Part shown: positions 47,295 to 58,261 of the stretch, in pieces | How positions within the stretch are numbered: the first letter of the stretch is position 1 | Layout of the letters: every line of letters begins with the position of its first letter | Origin: Minutocellus sp. GHC0000111 | Taxonomy: Eukaryota | Assembly: GCA_977018835.1 (NCBI GenBank) | Contig: OZ361258.1 | Span: 1,922,001 to 1,986,000, forward strand | DNA: 64,000 bases | Direction of reading: 5' to 3' | Made by a program: the position numbers and the translations under genes | Notes under the pieces: model-generated | Seen by the model: the letters and a program-made list of their open reading frames with translations, nothing else | What the model was told of the DNA's origin: nothing | Database searches by the model: none

Positions 47295-48753
47295 ATGGAG
47301 CCAGAGAGCTGGTGATGCGACAGGCCGACACTGGTTCTTGCCATGTGGAGAAGGCAGGGGTTTGGAACAGGTGCGCGCGAGCCCCCTGATGTGTGAGCCC
47401 GCACCACACCAAGACCCTGCTCATCTCGTCGATGAAGTTGGTAAGGATGTCACGCTCGTTCGCTCTTCATGAGGCGTCGCGCCAGATCGGCCAGCTCCTC
47501 CTGGCTCTTGGTGTTCTCCAGAGTGTTCCTGCTCTTGGTGCGCCATCCTGAGTCACCAGCAATGGTGATCCCAAGATTGGCACCTCCCAGAGCCGAGGCC
47601 AAAGTTGCCGCTGCTTCCTGCACCGACGCCGAGGACTCGTTGTCAGAGAGCCATTGCGGACCGTGGGCAGATTGCTGTGTTTTCCCAAAGAGGCCAGACC
47701 GCCTCGTCAGGAGAGTGTGAGACACGCATGAACTAAAAATAGTTCTGATCGCATTATTAATCTCATCGGGCGCCCGGGCCATCTGCTGCAGCGCAACTCT
47801 TCACACGGCCTTTTTGCGTGTGCTTTCTGCGCGCAGATGGGAGCCCACTCCCTCTGAGCGTGCGTTAGCCACTAAAACATCATCGCATCAGCACTAAACA
47901 CGCATTCAACGCGTGCTTAGGCTTTTTACATGCTTGCTTGCTCATTGCAAGTCTCATCTCATTTGTGCCCCCGCAGCTTGTCTCTCGGTCATGCCTTGCT
48001 GGCGGCCATCTCCTGCTCCGTCTTTTCACTCTCAAGCGCTCGAGCCGAGCGGCCAGTGCACCCCCCTCCTTGACGAGAGCATCCAGCTCCTCGGCAGCCT
48101 GCACCTGCTGGGCAAGTGCTTTGGCTCGATCCTCCGATTTCTTGGCCACATCTCCCTCATCATCCTTGGAGCCGGCCGCGGCGGCGTCCTCCGTCGTCTT
48201 GGCCTTCTTGGCGGGGGGTCCTTCCCTGGCACCGGCCTCGCGCTGGGCCCGGACCCTGGCCACCTCCTCCTTCTCTCCTCGTTCGTTCTCCATAATTGCT
48301 CCGCCTCTCTGCATTGATGAGTGACAGTGCGGCGACACTGTTTTTCGCATTCGCTTCGCTCGTGTGAAAGCTGCTGCTGCTGGCCGCTGGAGGGCCCTCT
48401 TGAAATCGAAAAGCAGAGCAAGCTGATGGAAGATTTGCCTGCGTATTGCAAGTCGCATCTCATTTTTTGCAGCCGCAGCAGCTCACAGCACCATGAGATT
48501 TCTCGCCTTTGCCGCCGCGCCGCCGCGACGCGACGCGACGGCTACGGGCGGTGTATCGAGCGATGGTCGTGCGTGCGTCGTCCGTCACCGCTCCGCCGCC
48601 CTAAGTCAGTATCGAGGGCATCGAGGGCTTACCTGGCAGGTCTCCTCTCCCTGTTTGTTGGGTTGGAAATACAGAGAGTCTCTCTCTTGCGCCGACTTTG
48701 TTTTGAATTGAATTGCATTGATTTGCACACGGCTCTTTTTCTTGCAACCAAGC

Positions 48754-49203
48754 ATGCCGCCAACCGCAACCGGCTCCGACGACGAGCGCATGGCCGACGC
48801 CGTGGCCGCCGACGAGGCGGCCGAGGCCGCTGCTGCGGAAGCCGCTGGTGACGAAGCAGTTGCTTCGGCTGCTCTAGCTTCCACACCTGCGAGTGCGAGC
48901 AATGCGAGCGGTGCCAGCTCGGCAGGCGGGGGAGATTCCACCGAGGAGGAGGAAGACGACGACGACGACGACAATAGTAACGATGATAGCCACGAGTCGT
49001 CGGGTGATGATGATGACGACGACGACAACGACGACGACGATGATGATGATGATGACGACGATGACAATGAAAGCAGCGGGAGCAACGAGGACGAGCCGAT
49101 GGAGGTCGAGGCAGTCCCTACCGAAGATCAGGACGACGAGGACGATGATGCCGAAGATGACACAACCAGCGCGACCCAAGGCAGTATGCATTGGTTGCGG
49201 TAG
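48754..49203 (+). other. Asp/Ala-rich ORF fragment with GAY trinucleotide tracts
   Basis: MPPTATG...poly-D. It runs head-on into the truncated minus-strand presequence at about 49190. Confidence 0.4.
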
Positions 49204-49552
49204 TGGTTGAACCATCACTCTTTTCGCTGCTGTCACCTTTGCTTCCATCTATCTCTGCATTGTCATCCGAGCTCGCCGAAGATGTTACCAGCCGACTTCC
49301 GCCGACGTACGACGTTCGGCATCGGGTGGAAAATGACGATGCTGGCAGCAGATTTGACTCTCGGGTGTGTTGAGTATTGCGATCATTTGCACAAAGCCGA
49401 TTCGATGGGCTGTGCATACGCTGAATTTGAACATATCCTCCAGTTGATGGTTGCGCCGGCTGAGGATGGAACGCTGACGCATGTGGAACAGAAGAGTCCA
49501 AGATACCCAGCACGACCAGGAGTGCACCAACGAAAAGCATCGACTTTGACAT
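49185..49552 (-). pseudogene. Orphan bipartite plastid-targeting presequence (5' gene fragment)
   Basis: MSKSMLFVGALLVVLGILDSSVPHASA-FHP, then an S/R-rich transit peptide. No mature domain follows. Confidence 0.6.
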
Positions 49553-50245
49553 GCTGTTCTTTCTTGCGTGAGTCATATTTTTATTGGTATAAACAAGGAT
49601 GGAGTGCAATTTAATAGTGACCACTCTAGTAAGCTTTCTCAGTTGTCGGCCTTTGAGTGATTGATTTGATTGCGTTCGTTTGTTCAAACAGAAGCACAAT
49701 GTGTGCTCGAAATTGATTGGAGTGAGATATGGACGCTGATTGCTCTGCTTTCGGTTCAAGGCACTGAACACCAGATATAACAAGATAACGATTTTGTATC
49801 TGGGCAAATTAGGTACTCGATGGTCTCCTTCGCGTACTAGTCTAGCTAGTATTGCAGGCGTTCAGAGTAGTCAACGACGGCGGACCAACATCTTTGCGCT
49901 GACGCGCCCTTCAAGCTGCTTCAACCAGTCGCTCACCTATCCTAAAATGCTGCACGTAGAGGCCGCTGTACTTCAAGTCGCCCAGAGGATGGAACTTCAA
50001 GTCAGAGCTAATCGTGATGTCGAACAAAAGGGTCTAAACTCTAATCAATTTCAAAACGCATCTAAGTCGTACTATGTGCCGGTATATATATCATACATAT
50101 ATACATGTAGCCATGTAGCTAGAATTGGGCATTCTGATCTTTCTCAGCCGTAGATCTCATGCATGTTTAAGATCTAGATCTACCAGTACATTACATATGT
50201 GTAATGTAGACTAGGATTCCTAGAGTCCATCTCCATCTCCCCTCA

Positions 50246-51750
50246 CTAGGAGGCTCGATCCCACCCCATCACCCTAACCTCGGTCAAACTGAGAGGCTCA
50301 CCAGCGGTTAGCTGGACCATAACATAGCGCGCGAAAACACCTTTGCCTGGATAGAATATCTGGGTCCATTGGTCGCCCTCGAGACCACCGGCGTGGAACA
50401 TGTTCTTGACCTCGTTGCCGCTCTCGTCCAGGAATCGGATGTAAAAGTTGCTGAGCCGGAAGCGGCAACAATCGCCTCGATTCCAAAGCTGAACGCTATC
50501 AATCTCCTTTGTAGCCTCCAGATCCACCCGCCACCACGAATTTGACGTCTTGCAGGTGTGGGTTATGTATCTCCTTCTTTTATTAACAATCCCGTCGTTT
50601 CCTTTCTTTGCCGGATACCGTGAACCATAGTTGCATTTGTGAGATGCTGGCTTGCCCACGGAGAGGTTGATGGGAGGGCTGGGTGTGCGGGTAGGAGACA
50701 AACTCAACGAAGGAGGCATGCTGGGCGCATTCCTCGTCGAATCGGTGGGAACGGCGCTAACCGAGGGGAATGAACTCGGTGCGGACGTCGGCTGAGGGGT
50801 GGCAAAGCGGATGCTCTCCGTGGTGATGTGGTCCGCACAGGCAGGCGCGTCGAAAAGGGTGAGGACTGCATTAGGGAAGCCCACGTTGCCGTCGAGGTCA
50901 ACGAAGGAAACGTCGTAGTCTTGGCCGCCCGGGAGGACGAGGTCGAAGATGTCGTTGTAGGTTGTGCCGAAGGGCCAGCTCCGCCGAGTCGACTTGTCGT
51001 ATGTGTATGTTTTGCTCGGGTCAAGCCGAGAAGTCACTATCATCATGTAGTCGATCGGCAGTGGATCGGGGCTGCTGTCAAGCTTACTACAGCATCCAGT
51101 ATTGACTTGGATTCGGCGAAGACATACTCCAGGGCAGAATGTTGTCCTTTCATTGATAACGTCGGGCAAGCAAGAGTCTTGAATGAAAGCGGTCATGAAA
51201 GGTTTGTCCGCCACGAAGAATCCGGGCTCGAGAGTGGGAGTCATTGTTCCCTCTTTGTCTTCTAGGTAGATGATCTCTTGGTAATAATTAGAGGCGGTAA
51301 CTTCAAAGGCATATGGCGGCGTCGAGTCGAAGTGTATGCCCGACCATGACGTTGGACTGTTGTACTTGTCCCTGTTACGATCGTACGGTGAAGTTGGACG
51401 AGGCGAGAAGGCAGCAGTAATCGCGTTAGTCGGATCGCCGGAGATTAAGCGCCACAGAAACAAAGCAAGCATATCCGACCAACATCACCCCAAAGCCCTT
51501 CTTACCTAATGTCGTTTCCTTGCCACAGTCTGATCGGACGACCAGGCTGTGTGCATCCGGACGGCGCCGGGCCGTATCCCCTGAAGGTGACGTTGGTGAG
51601 TTTAACCATCTCATAATCCGGCTCCAGGCTAAAGGTGACCCCGCTACCGGATCCAAATTCGTGGAGGCACTTCCCCCCAGCCGCGTGGAGCGAGTCGACA
51701 GCGAAGATTTGTGTGTCCTCCAAAATGTTCGATCCGGGGCGATTGCCCAT
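50246..51750 (-). pseudogene. 3' part of a large secreted protein ending in a fucolectin (FTP/F5-8 type C) domain; 5' end lost next to the mariner element
   Basis: PTSAPSSFPS linker, NLSVGKPA, GNDG, THT, WWRVDL, NRGDCCRFRLSNF, ARYVMVQL, LSLTEVRV. Upstream exon 51750-51506 has a GTAAG donor, but the in-frame acceptor reads CGG (51440-51438). Confidence 0.7.
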
Positions 51751-52007
51751 AATGAAAGCTTGGTTTTGGGATCAACAGGATCAGAATTGCGAAACCTGAT
51801 CGAGACACGAGGTCCGGGACAGCAATTTCGGGGACCCGGTTTTTTGGGTCTTTGGACTTTCCGACACGGCGGTTTGCGCGCACCTTGAAAAACACGCGGC
51901 AAAGCAAGCAAATCAAAACACATCCGTCAACAACCGACCTCCAAGCAATTACCACAAATAGACTGGGCAACTTCTGCCGACTGGCGCTTCAAGAAGCTTC
52001 CATACTC

Positions 52008-53144
52008 ATGGATACTCCAAAGGGACACATCTTCAGTCCACCGCGTCCACCGAAACGCGCCGAGGCGACTGCATTCAGCCCCTCGCGCCATGAGAAGGAA
52101 ACTTCCAACGAAACGCCGGAACATCCGCGGTATCGAGAGAACAAGGACAACGATGACGAGGAGGACAACCAAGGGGTCCCACCGGCATCGTCAGACCTCA
52201 CATCTCCTCGTGTGTTGAAATATCGACGCGAGTACAACGAAGAGGATGGCTTCGCCGCCGAACAAGCCCAAGCAAGGAAGTACTTGCATCATGACATGTT
52301 GCGTGCCGACTTTCGCGGTACCGCTACCGTTTCATCTCATTCTGATGAAGATGATTCATTCTCAGAGATGAGCATAGCAACCGCCGACGCAAAGCCAAGC
52401 GGCGAGAGGAGAAAGCCCGTGAGCTCATTCGACCTTCCCTCCGCCACGCCCATGGTAACAAGTCCAATGTCAGTTCATACTCAGTATGCTCTTACCCCAA
52501 GCCGCTCATGCCCGTCGTTCAGCAACCTTCAATTGTCATCCCCTACCATCTTGGAGCCCTTGCCTCCAACCGAACCAACCGAACGACAGATTGAACGAGA
52601 GGTTGAGGAACATCGGAGGCTTGCGTGCTTTTTGACGTACGGAGAAGCACCACTACCACAAGATATAAAGAACTACAAGTCACCCACATGTAGTCAGAGG
52701 CCCGAACCAAGAAGAAAAGAGAAAGGGGTCTACCTCCCCTTCAAACAAGTTCCTGGTTGGGGTAGCGAGGTCGCGGTCACCACAGTGCTAGGCATGATCG
52801 AAGTCGATCGCCAAGTAAGAGAGGGTCGTGGTGCCTACCCGAAAGGGTGGAGAAGCAGAGAACTCGGATTGTATGATAACAAGACAATAGAATTCTCTAT
52901 TGCATTATCTACTGACAAGATTGCATTAGATGCATATAAGTTGGGATATGAGGATGGGAGTAAACAACCAACTGCTCACCCTGCCCTCACTGACAATAAA
53001 CTTGCCGATGCATATGGTGTGAAGCGCGGAAAGATTCGTCAGTCCCTCCACGCTGTGTGGCTTTCTAATGATCATAAGAAGGCCAAGGAGGCAAAAAAGA
53101 ATACCGGTAGAAATAGAAGAACAAAGAAGCCCACCGTGATATAA
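52008..53144 (+). CDS. Accessory ORF inside the mariner element, with C-terminal HTH-like motif
   Basis: 378-codon intact ORF with an S/P-rich N-terminus, LTDNKLADAYGVKRGKIRQSL and a basic tail. Confidence 0.65.
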   Translation: MDTPKGHIFSPPRPPKRAEATAFSPSRHEKETSNETPEHPRYRENKDNDDEEDNQGVPPASSDLTSPRVLKYRREYNEEDGFAAEQAQARKYLHHDMLRADFRGTATVSSHSDEDDSFSEMSIATADAKPSGERRKPVSSFDLPSATPMVTSPMSVHTQYALTPSRSCPSFSNLQLSSPTILEPLPPTEPTERQIEREVEEHRRLACFLTYGEAPLPQDIKNYKSPTCSQRPEPRRKEKGVYLPFKQVPGWGSEVAVTTVLGMIEVDRQVREGRGAYPKGWRSRELGLYDNKTIEFSIALSTDKIALDAYKLGYEDGSKQPTAHPALTDNKLADAYGVKRGKIRQSLHAVWLSNDHKKAKEAKKNTGRNRRTKKPTVI

Positions 53145-53239
53145 ACAAACCAATGCTGCTGCATCTTACATGTAGATCTATAAATAATTTGTAGACGTGT
53201 AACATTTATTTAATACATGTGTAAAGATATTAATACTAT

Positions 53240-54960
53240 CTATTTATTAGAAGGATGACGAGCTGAGGGCTCCATCCCCTTGGCCGTTTCGTTGAAGTCG
53301 ATCCTAATTCCAGTGTGCAAGTTTTCGTCACCCAACCTTCCAACAAACTCATTGCTACCACCGGCCTTAATCACCAGGCCCATTATCCTCCAGTACTGAA
53401 TGAAGGCCGAAGCAATTTTGCAGTTAGGCATGCTATCGTAAACGTCCTCGGCAGTGTCCCAGATCTGGTCGGTGGAAATGACGGAGGTGCCTACCATTTT
53501 TCGTGCCCATTCCGAGTGCCGCCGGCTCATCGCGGGGAACACGCTCAAGTCAAGGACGTTGGCGTGAGGCATCTGCGGTGCCTGTGGCTGCCACGTCCAG
53601 CCTTGCTCAGCACAGAAGTTAGTAACAAATTGCGTGAAGGTTCCGTCCTCGTGAGGCCCGGCCTGGTCGCCCTGGATAATAACATGGCAATCTTCGTGTT
53701 GCTTGCCCGGACCGACAAGGTTGAGAATCGCTGGGAAAATAGTCTCCTTGAATGCGAGGAGCAAAGAGCATTTCGGATCCTTTTTGGTGCCTTCGTTCGA
53801 TCCAGTAACGCAACAATCAACAAGAAACGACTCTCCTTTCCGGCGAAGAGGTTCCTTTGGTGTCCCATCGGGGTTGGTGTTTGGGTACCGCATTGAACCA
53901 TCAGGCTGTGATGCTGCTTCGTGCTGAGCTCGCTCCGCTATTTTAGGAGCTTGAGCTCGTACCAGTGGCAGTTTTACAACCTCGCACCCACTCTCAAGAG
54001 AACCGTCAAAGACAGCGGCAACAAATGCAATGGCCATGACCTTGTTGATGTGGCTCCTGTGAAAGGCCGCGTAATCTCGCTTTTTCACGCCGATTTCCTC
54101 GCAAGCCTTCGCAAAAGCTCGGAGGACGAGACCCCAGAACCATTTCTCATCGTGATGCACGAGGAGAACTCGCTTCTTTCCATTCGGTAAATTGCCGTCC
54201 GTTTGCGCCTGTCCTTGGCAATTGAATCGGCATTGAGGCCGAGTGGGATCGGGGTGATGGCCTTGAGAGGCACATTCTCATGCATCATGCCACCAAAAGG
54301 CTTCTCATGCTGGACATCGCAAAGAGCACCTCCACCGACACCTCGACTGACCATAACAAATCCCTTGCCCTCAGGCCGATTCATGTTGGGACTGAAGTCG
54401 GCAGACACAAGGACATGTTCCCCAGCACTGATGGCAGGTCGCATGTCATCTTCCATTCTCATTGCTTTCTTGCGTTCGGGTGGTGCATCCGTCGGCATCC
54501 TGTGCGACCGAAGATGTTCACGCATTTGCACCCTCTGCTCCAAATGACGCATCGCCTCCTTCATTTTGTTCCTTTTCTTCTCGGCATCGGCCATGGCCTT
54601 TTCATCCTTCCGCTTTTCTCGTTTCAAGGTGTCCCTTAGCCCTTTCAAAGCCTCCTCTGCAGCTTTGCATTGCGCTTCGGCCTCAACCAGCAGCTTGTCC
54701 AAATTCTCCTCGGTCGATCCACCAGAATTGGCGGTGCCGGTAGCAGAAACACCGACACTGGCAGGATTGCCAGATTCTTCACTGTTGCCACTTCCATCCA
54801 CCACCATGGACTCGGCGATGCCCCCAGCTCCGACATCATCATCACTAGGACGAGCAGCGACACCAGCATTGTTCGTCCTCGACCGTCGGCTCAGGGCTGG
54901 CATCGGCGTCATTGGATGACGAATTGCGCCGAGCAATTTGAATTTGAGAAATCGGCACAT
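53240..54960 (-). pseudogene. Mariner-like DD38D transposase, frameshifted between N-terminal region and catalytic core
   Basis: HHDEKWF (D1), IIQGDQAGPH (D2) and QAPQMPHANVLDLSVFPAM (D3, 38 residues after D2) resemble plant-mariner DD39D motifs. The N-terminal coiled coil and small beta-barrel-like segment lie in another frame. Confidence 0.85.
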
Positions 54961-56232
54961 CTTGTGCCGGATCAGGACCGGTCTGGCTCGGACAGCACAG
55001 CTCCTCCTCTCGGGCTTGCTCCATGACGTCCTGCTGTTTCTGAAGTGAGAGGCCCGCCCATGCCCGGTTCGCTGTGGTCTGGCTGGATCATCCCAGGAGA
55101 CTTGCCACGAATCGTAGAGGCATCGATGGTGCCGCTCCGATGGACAAAATAATCAAAGCATGGGATGGAGCTGCCGGACCGACGGGAGCGGCGACATGCT
55201 GGCGCATCAGCTGCGGTGGCAGCAGCAGCAACAGCCATTTGCATTAACATGGTGTTGTTGGGGATGCAGTGTTTTGTGGCAGCAGAGCAACAGTTTGTGT
55301 GTCGGGTGGGTTGGAAATGAGGAAGGTTTCATTGAGTGGCGGGCGCGCCGGGCGGGTGATGATTTTTTTGGCCCGCTCGATTTTGGCGCGGGGTCACCCG
55401 GACCGCACACAAGACACGCCATTCATTGTGGGGACCATGGAGACCGATGTCGGAGCTCAAACCACATGGCTGCTACTTGACTCATCAATCAATGCATGTT
55501 TGGGAGGTGGTGGTGGGGTCGGGAGGTGGAGGAGGTGACCGGTTGTCATCGGAAAAACTGGCAGAAGTCGGGAGGGGCGATGTGGATGTGGGGTGAATCG
55601 GCCAGACGCTGGCATGGGAAGATGAAATCGACATCTCCGAGTCGGTCCAAGGAAGGTCAAGGACCAAACCGTTCTGGAGACACCACGCTTGTCCCTTGCG
55701 TGAAGCGGGGATGCCGTCGGCACTGCCGTCACCGCCATCTTGAAGACAGGACGACAGCAAATAAATGCTGCTTGCTGCGTGCGTTTGTGCTGATTTTTTT
55801 ATGAGATTTTGCCCAAAGACCCGAAAACCGGGTCCCTGAAACTGCTGTCCGCGACCTCGTAGGTACGAGCACGTGGTTGTTCCTCCGAGCTCTGAAAAGG
55901 GCCTCATAACGTCATTTAGAAAAGATTTTCATCAACCGCGGGTTCCATCGGACAACTGAAAGACGTATATAAAAGGAGTGAATTGGAATTCAAGGTAATT
56001 CATTTTCATCGAGAGCAGAAGTCGAGACGACCATGCATGCTCGCTCGCTTTTTCCAGCTATTTTGCGAACGAACCAGAGGAGGGCACAATTGTTTCAGCA
56101 CCATGAAATTTCCCAGCCAATGCCGAGAAGATGCGCGTGTTTGCGTAAGCGCCACGTATGCGCCAGCATGTTACTTTGCAGGAGATCGATTGGTCAGAAT
56201 ACCGCGAATATTGATTGGTAACGATAAGTAAC

Positions 56233-58020
56233 ATGAATGAAACGCATGCGAACGGAGCAGGTGATCCACGCGATAGTGTCCACAGCCTTCCCCAGCCCGA
56301 CGAGGCCAGGATGGACGCCAATGCAGCGTTCGGGCTGGTAGGTCACGGCGACAGAGAGGAGGCGGCATGGTCGAAGAATACCGAAGCGGCCAAGAGGGCC
56401 ACGGAGGCGGCCTCGGAGCTTCTTCATGTGGACCACGTCGATGATGCCGGTGATGATGACGCAGAGGACATCTATGACGGTGACGAAGAGGCGCCGATTA
56501 ACCCGACCGCTGCCAACAAGAAGACGCGAAAGGAACGATATGTGTGCTCGTACCTTTGTGCAATTGCCAGATATTTTGCTCTGACTATTTCCGGCGCGGC
56601 CCTCATCGTTGGGCTGTATTTCGTAATCCACGAGATTATCGTCGTGTCCAAGCTCAAGAAGGACAATGCCGCCAAGGCGATGCAGATACAGGAAATGACG
56701 GAACAGGTGGACCTTCTTCAGCAGGGTATCATTGCCGAACCCTTCCAGCAAGAAGCCGTGCATTGTAAGGACCTGAAGTCTCTGACAGTCGCTGGCTTGT
56801 ACCAGGATGGTGGAGACTCGACGGGTTCCTCTGATCCCTCCAATGCCGCGAACCCCAACCTGCCGGGCTATTATGGTTGCGTTTCCAACGATGCTCCAGC
56901 GACCCTGCTTGAGGCGCAGAAACGAGTGCTGGATTGGAACTCGGTCGAAGCACCGTCTGATCTGGCCGGCAAAACGCCGGAATGGATCGCACGACGCGTA
57001 CCAAATTATGGAATTTGGCTGTATCCCCGCCTCAAGCTGATTCTCTTTTCTTGCCCCCAGTGTGGCAACTCAGAAAGCCGTACGATGTTGACGGTACTGT
57101 CGAGCATGAAGCAGCGTACGACCGTCGGTGACGCCAATCAGCCGAATGTGCTCAACTGGACAGTTCCGGTTGGCGCATGGATTCAAGAGAGCACCGATTC
57201 GTGGAAACTGGACGGAAGCTTCAAGGGTGAAGGCGGCAGGGGTATGAGCGGTGGCAACAAGGCCACCGTCGATGCATTTCGGCTTGTGAGGGAGCTACTG
57301 CTCGGCCAAGGAAAGGGGAACGGTGGAAAGTGGTCTTCGCTGTCCATCGTGAGGCATCCCTACGAACGTTTCGTCCAAGCGTATGCAGAGCTGGAGGCCA
57401 ACTGGTCTCGCCTGCCTGACAATGCCCCTCAGCTGAAAGTGCTAAAGGACCGTCCCTTCTACAAGATGCCAGTGGGCTCGTGGGAACGGGTGCAGGCGTT
57501 CTTTGCGGATTATGTGTTGGGTTATCTTTCGAAACGAGATGACAACTCCAATTGTCTTGTGTCGACGCTACCAGATTTGTTGACTATGATTCCTACAGCT
57601 CCCGGGTATCTTCGAACTGGATCCGGGTCTGGTGCGTACTTCAATGCAGATCAAATCATTTCTATTGATCAGATTCACCAGGCATGGCCGGATATGCTCG
57701 AAAAGTGGGGGTTTGGATCGAATGACCCCGAGCTTCTTGAACTCGCCAATGTCCACATCAATTCAGCAGGGTACGGATATTACAGTGGTTCCGATGCTGC
57801 CAAGGCTGCAAGGGATTTGCTAGCATCCGACGAGGAGTTTCGACGATCTGTGGATGCCTTTTACGCGCAAGATTTCAGTTGCTTTGGTTTTCAGAAAGGG
57901 CAAAAGGTTCTCGGAATCGATGCCAAGAAACGTCCAGCGCTCCCTCCGACTCCAGCCCCGACTGCAATTGCCCCTCCGCCACCAACTCCCCCCTTTAATC
58001 CCGGGAATGGTCGTCGTTAA
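56233..58020 (+). CDS. Type II membrane carbohydrate sulfotransferase-like protein (Sulfotransfer_2 family)
   Basis: TM helix, LILFSCPQCGNSE (5'-PSB-like loop), IVRHPYERFVQAY (3'-PB) and FYAQDFSCFGF. Confidence 0.75.
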   Translation: MNETHANGAGDPRDSVHSLPQPDEARMDANAAFGLVGHGDREEAAWSKNTEAAKRATEAASELLHVDHVDDAGDDDAEDIYDGDEEAPINPTAANKKTRKERYVCSYLCAIARYFALTISGAALIVGLYFVIHEIIVVSKLKKDNAAKAMQIQEMTEQVDLLQQGIIAEPFQQEAVHCKDLKSLTVAGLYQDGGDSTGSSDPSNAANPNLPGYYGCVSNDAPATLLEAQKRVLDWNSVEAPSDLAGKTPEWIARRVPNYGIWLYPRLKLILFSCPQCGNSESRTMLTVLSSMKQRTTVGDANQPNVLNWTVPVGAWIQESTDSWKLDGSFKGEGGRGMSGGNKATVDAFRLVRELLLGQGKGNGGKWSSLSIVRHPYERFVQAYAELEANWSRLPDNAPQLKVLKDRPFYKMPVGSWERVQAFFADYVLGYLSKRDDNSNCLVSTLPDLLTMIPTAPGYLRTGSGSGAYFNADQIISIDQIHQAWPDMLEKWGFGSNDPELLELANVHINSAGYGYYSGSDAAKAARDLLASDEEFRRSVDAFYAQDFSCFGFQKGQKVLGIDAKKRPALPPTPAPTAIAPPPPTPPFNPGNGRR

Positions 58021-58261
58021 TAGGACAGGAGGTATCACCATACCAAAACCCAAAGATACGCACCCATATCCACGAGTGCAAGACGTCAAGGAATTCCTGT
58101 CTATTAAAAATTTGCTGGCGCCCATCCTTTTATACATAACAGAGAACTACCAAGCCGTTCTGTACAACGCAATACGCTTTTACTAGCTAGTAGTCTCTAA
58201 ATAAAATTTCTAAAGTATTCATTAACAAAACTGGATAAGCAGGAACATCTTGTCCTCTCCT

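Larger units (their letters stand above)
51808..55859. mobile_element. Tc1/mariner-superfamily element (4052 bp) carrying two convergent genes
   Basis: About 48-bp imperfect TIRs CGAGGTC(CG/GC)GGACAGCA(A/G)TTTC(G/A)GGGACCCGGTTTT..GGGTCTTTGG. Right flank TA (55860-55861), left flank CA (51806-51807). Confidence 0.88.

Noticed and set aside
52008..53144. Fanzor/TnpB nuclease as the second ORF of the mariner element
   Set aside because: No RuvC-I/II/III motifs or C-terminal CxxC zinc finger are visible.
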